Shown: positions 17,354-25,173 of the stretch, piece by piece | How positions within the stretch are numbered: the stretch's first letter is position 1 | Layout: each line of letters begins with the position of its first letter | Source: Cyanobacteria bacterium auto_48_18 | GTDB taxonomy: Bacteria > Cyanobacteriota > Vampirovibrionia > Obscuribacterales > Obscuribacteraceae | Assembly (NCBI GenBank): GCA_036170915.1 | Contig: JAVHQC010000035.1 | Span: forward strand, 1 to 64,000 | Length of the DNA: 64,000 nucleotides | Direction of reading: 5' to 3' | Position numbers and translations under genes: made by a program | Notes under the pieces: model-generated | The model's database searches: none | Told to the model about the DNA's origin: nothing | The model's input: only the letters and a program-made list of their open reading frames with translations

Positions 17354-19051
17354 CTATATAGCTTGTATCAGAGTGCCGCGATCTAAAGATTCTAAACTTT
17401 GAGAGAAATTACCCTGGGCGCTAAGCAAAGGTATTTTTACTTGAGCTTCTGGAGCTCCTTCATGCACTCTTTGTTGTCGCAAGCGCGCATATGTCCCGGC
17501 AGGAAGATATTTTAGCCTGGGTTCACCCAATCGTTTGCTCGTGCGCTTGTCTAAATATTCAGGATTTTGCATCTGCAGAGATTGATCAAATGCGTGTAAG
17601 AAGCTTTCCACAATAACTGGGGGCAGCTCGCGCTCGGTTTCGGCGTAGCAGACATAATAGGGCGGCAAACCAAGTTCGACTTCAGCTGTAAAATGCTTCA
17701 GCTCCAGTAGACCGAGCTCGTTTACAGCACGACCAAGGGCGCTTAACACCTGTTCTTCGGTCAATTTTTCACCAGTGACAGAACTGATGCCGGCGCCTTT
17801 GCGTACAAATCTGATCACAGGCGTAGCGTCTAAAAATCTATCCACTTCCATCAAATCATTGATGTTGTAGCGATAAAGACCGGCACTGGTAGTGAAGTGT
17901 ATGTAATAGCGGCCGCCCACAACCAGCTCATCAGCAGTAAGATATCTAGCGTTCGGTGAATCCATTTGATCTTCTTCCACAAATTCGAAGAAGTGAGAAG
18001 TCACCGCCAACGGGCCTCCGGCGCCTTCATTGTCGATAGGCACAGTGCCGCGGCCTTCCGAAGCCATGTAGCCAAAATCTCTTTGCGACGGAGTGCCGAA
18101 CAACTGCGGCAACTTTTCCAGATAGAAAGACATGGGCCCGCCCTTCCACAAAGACATAATGTCGATATCAGTCCAAACATGTTTTGGAATCAGGGCATTA
18201 TGCTGTTCGAGCAAAGCAGCAAGACGTCTGGCGCGAGGCAAATCGGCTTTAAGATATGGATCAAAAGCTTTTCGCACTGACGGCTCGATGTAGTCAGTCA
18301 GGCCGTTTAGCGTGCCAGCCGCAATATCAGCAATCAAATCTTCGCCGCGCTCTTTTAACTGATCGGCAAGCAAAATAAAGCTTGAAGGATTGCAACCGCA
18401 AAGCGCAGTGACGTTTTGCATTAGTGCTGCTCGGAGAAGCAAATAGTATTTTGCGTCTACATTTTTTACTTTACAAATTTCATAGGGCAAAGCAAAGTGA
18501 CGGCGAATAATGTCAGGCTGTCTTTTATTGAGCACACCTGAAACCGCTCCGTAAGGCAATCCGGATGGTGTAAAGCCGTCTTCATCATTGCTGGAAATAA
18601 TGAGAAACTTACCGTATGCACCTTTAGGAAAATCATTGATCAAATGATAATTGTGCACCTGAAAAGCATGCTGATAGTCTCGCAAATGAGTTTCGGTAAT
18701 GGGAATATACTTAGGCGTAGCGGTGGTACCACTAGTAGTGGCAAACATAAAAGGCTCTTCAGCAGTTAGCTGATTCTTGCCGCCATGACGCAGCTTATCG
18801 ATATAAGGCTCAAAATCTTCATAACGCGAAGGTGGTACAAACTTTTTAAAATCATCGTAGCTGTTAATCGATTTAAAATGATGCGCGCGGCCAAAAGCAG
18901 TATCTTGATTGGCTTCAATGATGCTTTTGAGTTTCGCCAACTGAGTTTGTTTTGGTTGCTTTAGGGCGCTGTAAAAGCGCTTGATGTGAGTCAAACGTCG
19001 CAGGGCCTGCCCGGCATAAATATCTAAATTAGCAAACTGCATTGAATTCAC
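17354..19051 (-). CDS. GH3-family acyl-acid amido synthetase
   Basis: TTSGTTATPKYIP P-loop, GYMASEG, AGLYRYNIND and GEKLTE motifs of the GH3 family. Confidence 0.9.
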   Translation of the reverse strand: MNSMQFANLDIYAGQALRRLTHIKRFYSALKQPKQTQLAKLKSIIEANQDTAFGRAHHFKSINSYDDFKKFVPPSRYEDFEPYIDKLRHGGKNQLTAEEPFMFATTSGTTATPKYIPITETHLRDYQHAFQVHNYHLINDFPKGAYGKFLIISSNDEDGFTPSGLPYGAVSGVLNKRQPDIIRRHFALPYEICKVKNVDAKYYLLLRAALMQNVTALCGCNPSSFILLADQLKERGEDLIADIAAGTLNGLTDYIEPSVRKAFDPYLKADLPRARRLAALLEQHNALIPKHVWTDIDIMSLWKGGPMSFYLEKLPQLFGTPSQRDFGYMASEGRGTVPIDNEGAGGPLAVTSHFFEFVEEDQMDSPNARYLTADELVVGGRYYIHFTTSAGLYRYNINDLMEVDRFLDATPVIRFVRKGAGISSVTGEKLTEEQVLSALGRAVNELGLLELKHFTAEVELGLPPYYVCYAETERELPPVIVESFLHAFDQSLQMQNPEYLDKRTSKRLGEPRLKYLPAGTYARLRQQRVHEGAPEAQVKIPLLSAQGNFSQSLESLDRGTLIQAI

Positions 19052-20348
19052 TCTTTGGTTGTTTTGATTTGCCCTGCATTTCGCTACTGCACTGAGCGTA
19101 TTTGCTTAACTTACGAGGCAAAACAGTAACTCCTAAACCAGCACTAGCACTATTGGTAGTACTAGTTCTAGTACTAGTTCTAGTACTAGTTCTAGTACTA
19201 GTTCTAGTACCCCTACCTGGGGCTCCTGCTACAGCTCCGGGAGGCACGGTCATCGACTCTCTAATCAAGTCATCTTTAAGCAAAAATAGATTCATTGCCC
19301 CTTCAACATTGGCAAAATCACCGCAAGAAAGAGCAAAGTGTCTCTGCGCTGCGGCTAGAATGCCAGATTCACCCACCTGGGCCCCCAGGTGACACTCAAT
19401 ATTGTTGGCCCTGGCCAGCTCAACCATTCTCATGGCGCTGGCTATTCCACCAACCTTAGAAAGGCGAATATTAAAGGCATTACAAGCCTGGCGCTCAATC
19501 AGTGTTTCGGCCTGTTGCATAGTGGTGAGCGATTCATCAACCATAATAGTTTCAGGCACGCTGGCAGTTAAATCAATCAAAGAGTCAATTTGGTCAGCAG
19601 CCACTGGTTGCTCACAAGAAGCAATTCTAAAAGGCCTTAGAGCCGCCAGACTCCATTTTGCTTGATCGAGTGTCCAGGCGCAATTAGCATCAACTCGCAA
19701 AATAGCATCTTCACCCAAAATTTCACGTGCTAGTTTGATGCGCGCCACATCATCGTTAAGTGAGCCACCAACTTTTAGTTTCACGGTTTTAAAACCGTAA
19801 CGTTTATAAAAAGAGAGCAACAGTTTGAGCACCGTCTTTTTACCGAATGGCACCACGCCGCCATACCTCATGGTGTCGTGCTTAACGTCTACTTGAGGCC
19901 AGGCGCCTGCAGCAAATTGCATCGGCATATGTGCGGCAATCAATGACGGCATTTGCGAAAAAGAAATATTTTTGATTTTTGCCAGTGCATCAAGCATCGC
20001 CAATTCAAGAGCACAGAATGAGGCTCCAGCTGCTTTGTGGCCGAGCAAATTGTCCGTAAAAATTCCGTTTAAAGCCGCAAGCAACTCTGATGCATTACTA
20101 AAAAAACGGCCCTGAAGTTGCGGCGCATAGGTGTAATTAATGGCGGCCATTGCGCCTTCAGGAGTTTCACCAGTGACATAATCGCGCGGCACAGACTCAC
20201 CCCAACCAATTACTTCCCTTCCGTCTTCCAAGACGACTTTGATAGAGACAACTAAATTGATGGAAAAGTTCCTACTGGCCAAGGCGTGGCCAAAGGAAAA
20301 TCGAAATGGCAGCATCACTGCCTGGCAATTTATCGAGCGAATCAACAT
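19029..20348 (-). CDS. Enolase-superfamily enzyme (MLE/dipeptide epimerase subgroup)
   Basis: GWGES.PR.YVTGET, KLKVG (KxK), RVDAN, EQP and VDES metal ligands. NIRLSKVGG has Arg at the second catalytic base position. Confidence 0.85.
   Translation of the reverse strand: MLIRSINCQAVMLPFRFSFGHALASRNFSINLVVSIKVVLEDGREVIGWGESVPRDYVTGETPEGAMAAINYTYAPQLQGRFFSNASELLAALNGIFTDNLLGHKAAGASFCALELAMLDALAKIKNISFSQMPSLIAAHMPMQFAAGAWPQVDVKHDTMRYGGVVPFGKKTVLKLLLSFYKRYGFKTVKLKVGGSLNDDVARIKLAREILGEDAILRVDANCAWTLDQAKWSLAALRPFRIASCEQPVAADQIDSLIDLTASVPETIMVDESLTTMQQAETLIERQACNAFNIRLSKVGGIASAMRMVELARANNIECHLGAQVGESGILAAAQRHFALSCGDFANVEGAMNLFLLKDDLIRESMTVPPGAVAGAPGRGTRTSTRTSTRTSTRTSTTNSASAGLGVTVLPRKLSKYAQCSSEMQGKSKQPKSEFNAVC
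19157..19210. repeat. In-frame 12-bp tandem repeat x4.5 encoding (TRTS)n
   Basis: TAGTACTAGTTC four times plus TAGTAC, inside the enolase-family gene. Confidence 0.9.
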
Positions 20349-20388
20349 GGCAGGTTTCCGAATTGCAGGTTATTGATCTCGGCGCCCA

Positions 20389-21327
20389 TCAAGTTACAAC
20401 TGGGCGTTGAGCCAGTATCCACTCACTGAGCACATGCACATATTCTTTGAACCAGGTGGAGTCAAAGTCAAGAGTATGTGAAGCATCCGGGAATATACGC
20501 AACTCTTTGGCGGAAGAAGGAGACTTTCCGTACCAACCTTGCAATTTTTCTACATCTACGATCATATCGGCACCAGCCTGCAGAATAAGCATAGGCATTT
20601 CGATGGCAGGTGCCGCTTTCTCTGCCAGTTTACTGAGCTTAAAACTTTCCACAAAAAAGCTTGCAGTGGCCTCAGTCAAACGCAGATTGTCACGTTTGAG
20701 GAAACCTTGATAGGTAGGATTGTTAGTCAGCATCTCTACTTCAAGCGGAATTGCCCATTTGCGATTGCGACCTGAATCACCAACAATGGAGGCGTATGCT
20801 ATTTGCAATTTAGTGCCCATACCATAATCGACTTTTGTGTAAATTCCCGGGCTGGTCAAAACCAAGCCTGCGATGGGCAAAGTGACGTCCTGGCCGCTGG
20901 CTGACCTGTATTCCTTCTGACATATAACTGAAGCCGCTTTAGCACCCCAGCAATTTCCCAAAACAATTATTGAGTGCCCCAGATGATCAAAAGCAATTTT
21001 GCGCAAAAGTACTTCCAGGTCAGCCAAATAAATTTTGTAACTGGAAAGATTGCCACGATCTCGAGGATTGAGCCCAGAACCACGTCTATCTGGTGCATAT
21101 ACAGTCATACCCTGACCGTTAAGCGCCGACGCGGTATTTTCAAACCAGAGACTGTGCCCTTCAATGCCGTGCAGGTATACGACAACAGGCAGTCCAGGCT
21201 TGCCTTTCCATGTTCGACAGGCCAATTGCAAATCGTCTGAAGAACGATGCCATTCCAGTGTCGGTGCTATATGAGTAACGCCAGTCATAGCCGGCAATGG
21301 TGTAGAAGTTGAGTTGAGATCTTTCAA
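20389..21327 (-). CDS. Alpha/beta hydrolase (lysophospholipase-like) with Cys nucleophile elbow
   Basis: LHGIEGHS, DRRGSG, GNCWG (G-x-C-x-G), Asp in GADMIVD, His in ASHTL. Start uncertain (TTG 21327 or a downstream ATG). Confidence 0.85.
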   Translation of the reverse strand: MKDLNSTSTPLPAMTGVTHIAPTLEWHRSSDDLQLACRTWKGKPGLPVVVYLHGIEGHSLWFENTASALNGQGMTVYAPDRRGSGLNPRDRGNLSSYKIYLADLEVLLRKIAFDHLGHSIIVLGNCWGAKAASVICQKEYRSASGQDVTLPIAGLVLTSPGIYTKVDYGMGTKLQIAYASIVGDSGRNRKWAIPLEVEMLTNNPTYQGFLKRDNLRLTEATASFFVESFKLSKLAEKAAPAIEMPMLILQAGADMIVDVEKLQGWYGKSPSSAKELRIFPDASHTLDFDSTWFKEYVHVLSEWILAQRPVVT

Positions 21328-21510
21328 AATATGGCTAAATCATTAGTGAATCAAAAGTTTAACATCCCTGAATGCATGGTTCCACTGCAGGACGCCGTAG
21401 TAAAGTAATAGCCTGTTGCCCCCGGGGCTTGACGGTAACCAAGAGCTGTGCGATTGCAGACTCGATAAAATGAGGCACGGCATTGCAGGCACAGGTTCAG
21501 GCACATCCCT

Positions 21511-22266
21511 TTGAAAAATAGAAGAGATCACTGGCTACCTGATTTTCAAGCTCAACTGAACCTGGGATTAAGTCACAGCGGTTGGGTGCAACAAGTGCGC
21601 TTAAACCAGATAGAGGGCGGCCGGGAGATTTGTAAAGAGCTCTGGCCCTTCATTAGGGAATTACCAACTAACATCGTCAGTGTTACTGATAAGTTGCCGG
21701 CCAAGCTGAGCGCAGCACGCAATTTCCTCAATCAGCTGGCCGACCAAGAGCTGCATTACCAGAATCTTTATTTGAGCCAGTGCGAGCTTGTTGGCCTGGA
21801 ACCGGCAGTTTTACGTCAATCTTTAGAAATCCCTCATTCAGCGGAACGATTGATTGCTTCAATGCGTCGTTATTGCGAAGAGGGAACGGTACTGGAGGGA
21901 GTTCAAGCAATTGTGGTGGCAGAACTGGCGGCTACTCAATTTGCCAGAGTTGTGCTCACCGAATTTGAGGGTTATTTTGGCGCCCGTATGGAAACTTATG
22001 GGGCACAAAATATCGAAGTGGGCCTGACCTGGTTGAGGCTTCACGCGAAAACCAACATTCGCCACGCTATCTGGATGAAGCGAATGTTAGACGCTCTTGA
22101 ATTAGACTCTCACTCTTATCAAAACGGTCATGACTCTAAAAATATGCCCCCGGCAGTAGAAGAAATATTGCTGTCAATCTGTGAGTTATGGCAAACCACA
22201 CAACCAGGGGCTCAAAGTATCAATTTACAATCTGGTTCTGGCAACCCATTTATCGGTGGAAAATAA
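21511..22266 (+). CDS. Heme-oxygenase-like fold protein (PqqC/CADD/TenA-like, HDO candidate)
   Basis: Helical character. QLADQELHYQNLY, VAELAA and WLRLHAKTNIRHA resemble the E..H / E / H..D..H ligand layout with substitutions. Confidence 0.6.
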   Translation: MKNRRDHWLPDFQAQLNLGLSHSGWVQQVRLNQIEGGREICKELWPFIRELPTNIVSVTDKLPAKLSAARNFLNQLADQELHYQNLYLSQCELVGLEPAVLRQSLEIPHSAERLIASMRRYCEEGTVLEGVQAIVVAELAATQFARVVLTEFEGYFGARMETYGAQNIEVGLTWLRLHAKTNIRHAIWMKRMLDALELDSHSYQNGHDSKNMPPAVEEILLSICELWQTTQPGAQSINLQSGSGNPFIGGK

Positions 22267-22268
22267 AA

Positions 22269-23039
22269 ATGCATATCAGCCCTAAAAAAACCTGGACAGC
22301 TCTACTTGCACTGGCTCTGATTTGCTCAGCTCAATTTCCAGTTGATGCCGCAAGTGGTGCCAAAGCATCAAAGAACAAAACTAGTGGTGCGCACAGTGCA
22401 CCACAGCCTGAAGGTGCCGCCTACAAAGACGGAGCCGCCTTTATTGACCGTATGATCAAGGCAGCCGAAAGCTATCCTGATTATGTCTTTGATTTTACGA
22501 TGGTGAATATCAAAGGCAAGAAGCAAACCGAAGTGGGCAAATTTTATTTTAAAAAACCGCGCTTGATTCGCCTTGAAGAAGTAGGCAGTTTTCGCAAAGG
22601 TTCAGTGGCGGTGCTTGGTCCCGGCGGTAAAGTGAGAGCAAAACCGGGCGGCGCTTTCAAATTTGTTTCTGTTGAACTATCGCCTAATTCTGATCTGCTG
22701 CGGGGAGCAAACGGCTATCCTATGGTTGACTCAGATCTGATTTCACTGGCAGAAGCATTGAAGAAGTTTATTGATAAAGACGGTTGTGTATCTCGAGTGA
22801 CTGAAAACCCAATTGCCACCACTGGTGATTCTAAAAACTATATGCTTGAGGTATATCACAAGTCATTAGATGGACAGATTTTTAAGCGAGTGGCCGTTGA
22901 TCCCAAATCCATGCTGCCGGTTGAATGGTGGGATTATATTGATGGTCAACTGAGTTCGCATTCAGTCTGGAATAATTTTAAAGGGAATGTCGGCCTGTCC
23001 GATGATTTATTCACACTCAAGGGAGCAAAAACCAAATGA
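22269..23039 (+). CDS. LolA-like outer-membrane lipoprotein/lipid carrier family protein
   Basis: Signal peptide, GKFYFKKPRLIRLE, VDPKSMLP and N.GLSDDLF motifs. ATG 2 nt after the upstream stop. Confidence 0.7.
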   Translation: MHISPKKTWTALLALALICSAQFPVDAASGAKASKNKTSGAHSAPQPEGAAYKDGAAFIDRMIKAAESYPDYVFDFTMVNIKGKKQTEVGKFYFKKPRLIRLEEVGSFRKGSVAVLGPGGKVRAKPGGAFKFVSVELSPNSDLLRGANGYPMVDSDLISLAEALKKFIDKDGCVSRVTENPIATTGDSKNYMLEVYHKSLDGQIFKRVAVDPKSMLPVEWWDYIDGQLSSHSVWNNFKGNVGLSDDLFTLKGAKTK

Positions 23040-23689
23040 CCTTCAACATTCCATCAATGACCGTTGTTGGTCTATTGCTGATAGGAATCGCTCTTTCGGC
23101 ACCTGTGCTCTACAAGGGATTCTCAAGGCGTGGCAAAGGCACTTTTTACGAGTCTAACTTCCTTATTCAAAGAGCACCGCAATTACTCTCTGGCGTCAAT
23201 GTGGCCCTGATTGTCACCAGTTTTCTGGTCTACAACAATGTGATCTCTGGTGTTCCAGGCCTGACTCCTATATTGTCATTAACGAATAGTGAGCCCAGCG
23301 GAGCACTCTTGATCGTCTCGTGGTTGGGAGTCTTAGTGATGATTAGCGGCTTCATTTTCATGATCGGCGGCTGGTATTCACTTGGTGAGGCCTTCTCCAC
23401 CGATGCTGAATTGCTTGAAGGTCAAGAAGTGAAAGACTCAGGCTTGCTCAAATTTGTTATGCACCCAGCATATTCGGGCATTATTCAATCGCTGGTGGGC
23501 TCATCCATCGCCGGACTTTCGCCCTTGAGCCTGGCCTTCGCGCTATTTGTTGTTGCTCCACTGTGGCTCAGACGAGCAAAATACGAAGAAGAGCTGCTGG
23601 TTAAAACCTTTGGCGACAAATACAAAGAATATGCAGCCAAACTAAAGTGGCGCCGCCTGGTCCCCAGCTTCTTCCCTATTGGTGTATAA
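23036..23689 (+). CDS. Isoprenylcysteine carboxyl methyltransferase/PEMT-family membrane methyltransferase
   Basis: LG..FS, G..KFVMHPAYSG, EEELL...FG..Y.EY motifs. ATGA overlap with the upstream gene. Confidence 0.85.
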   Translation: MTFNIPSMTVVGLLLIGIALSAPVLYKGFSRRGKGTFYESNFLIQRAPQLLSGVNVALIVTSFLVYNNVISGVPGLTPILSLTNSEPSGALLIVSWLGVLVMISGFIFMIGGWYSLGEAFSTDAELLEGQEVKDSGLLKFVMHPAYSGIIQSLVGSSIAGLSPLSLAFALFVVAPLWLRRAKYEEELLVKTFGDKYKEYAAKLKWRRLVPSFFPIGV

Positions 23690-23758
23690 AGTTCTAATTC
23701 GCCTTCAAGTGCAAGTGGTGCTAAACTCTTTACAACCGCCGCGGAAGTAGATTATTGC

Positions 23759-24397
23759 ATGTTTAAATCAAGTGTTCTCAGTCTGGTTACCATTTTAGGC
23801 GCAAGCGCCGGTCTTGTGATGGGCAGCGCGGCAGGGGCTCAAGAGGCCCTGGTTGAATCGGCCCGAGAGGCTGCAGCCAAAACTGCAGCTAAAGCTGCAG
23901 CCACCAAAGAGGCGCAGTCTAAAGAAAAAGCGCAGTGGGTCAAAGCCTCAATTGAAATTAAGGCCCCAAGAGAAGTGGTGTGGCAGGCCGTGCATGACGA
24001 GCGTAAGCATGATCCTGATTTGGCATACAGCAAAATAGTGGTGCCCGGCGAGCACGAGTATGTGCTTGAGCAGAAAATGGTTTTGATACCTGTGTTCGGC
24101 TCAGCTGTCTGCGAAATGCAAAATAAAGAAATTCCGCTTGAGCGCATTGATTACAAATTGATCAAATCAGATCGCTTCAAACAAATGGAAGGCAGCTGGG
24201 TGCTCACGCCATCAACTGACGGCAAAAGCACGACTCTGCACCTATCAACCAACCTTGATTTAGGCATTCCGGTACCACGATCGGTAGTTAATGGCTTTAC
24301 GGCAAAGAAACTGGCTAAGCGCCTTAAGAATGTCAAAGCAGCAGCTGAAACCCTTAACGCTAAGCTCGCTTTAGCTAAAAAAACTAATCCACAGTAG
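23759..24397 (+). CDS. Secreted SRPBCC/START (polyketide cyclase/lipid-binding) protein
   Basis: Signal peptide, ASIEIKAPREVVWQ, FKQMEGSWVLTP, C-terminal helix LKNVKAAAE. Confidence 0.75.
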   Translation: MFKSSVLSLVTILGASAGLVMGSAAGAQEALVESAREAAAKTAAKAAATKEAQSKEKAQWVKASIEIKAPREVVWQAVHDERKHDPDLAYSKIVVPGEHEYVLEQKMVLIPVFGSAVCEMQNKEIPLERIDYKLIKSDRFKQMEGSWVLTPSTDGKSTTLHLSTNLDLGIPVPRSVVNGFTAKKLAKRLKNVKAAAETLNAKLALAKKTNPQ

Positions 24398-24414
24398 ACA
24401 AATTGCAATTAGAT

Positions 24415-25143
24415 ATGCGGCCGACCAATCTTCTTAAAACAGCTGTCATTGCCACCCTTATATTAGGGAATATTCTGGCATTACCAGCAGTGGCACAAGA
24501 CGAATTTGCACAGGGGCGCAGCTTATATAGCCAGGGTAAATATGCAAGCGCCATCGTCAGTTTGCAAAAATATCTGGCAGCAAATCCGGGCTCTTACCAA
24601 GGTTATTACATGCTTGCCAACTGCTATGTGCAAGTCAAAGATTTAGTCAACGCCAAGCATTGTTATGCCTTGACCCTCACCAATCAGCCAGACAATACTG
24701 TGCGGGAGCATTGTCTGCAGGCCATAGAACGCATTGGACTTACCCTGGCGCCGCCTGTAGTGCAAAAGCCAACCACCGGCACCTCCGGTTCAAGTGCAAA
24801 ATCGAGTTCAGGTAAATCGGAGCAAAAGGCCGGCAGTGACGAAGACAAAGATGAAGTGGTTTCACCTCAGCGCAAGCGTGGTGAAGAAGAAATAGCGCGC
24901 ATTATGGCAGACGCAAAAGTCAGAGCCGACAGAATCAGAGAAGAACAAAAAGAAGGCCTGGAGCGCTACAAAGAAGCCAATAGCCGCTGGTTCAAAGTGC
25001 AAAAGGGTGATACATACGAACGGGTTTTCGGCATCAAACCAGAGTGGGAAACCGAGTTTCTTGCGCCTTATGATTTGCAAATTCAAAAAATAATGGACGA
25101 CGCCGAACACCGCTGCAATGGCATTCGCAGAGACATGAAGTGA
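24415..25143 (+). CDS. Secreted TPR protein
   Basis: Signal peptide (AVA-QD), TPR pair GKYASAI...YYMLANCY, charged C-terminus. Confidence 0.7.
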   Translation: MRPTNLLKTAVIATLILGNILALPAVAQDEFAQGRSLYSQGKYASAIVSLQKYLAANPGSYQGYYMLANCYVQVKDLVNAKHCYALTLTNQPDNTVREHCLQAIERIGLTLAPPVVQKPTTGTSGSSAKSSSGKSEQKAGSDEDKDEVVSPQRKRGEEEIARIMADAKVRADRIREEQKEGLERYKEANSRWFKVQKGDTYERVFGIKPEWETEFLAPYDLQIQKIMDDAEHRCNGIRRDMK

Positions 25144-25173
25144 AAAAAAATACCTTTAAAGGTATTTTTTTCA
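25141..25173. terminator. Bidirectional terminator-like palindrome between convergent stops
   Basis: TGA-AAAAAAA-TACCTTTAAAGGTA-TTTTTT-TCA: near-perfect inverted repeat including both stop codons. Confidence 0.65.
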
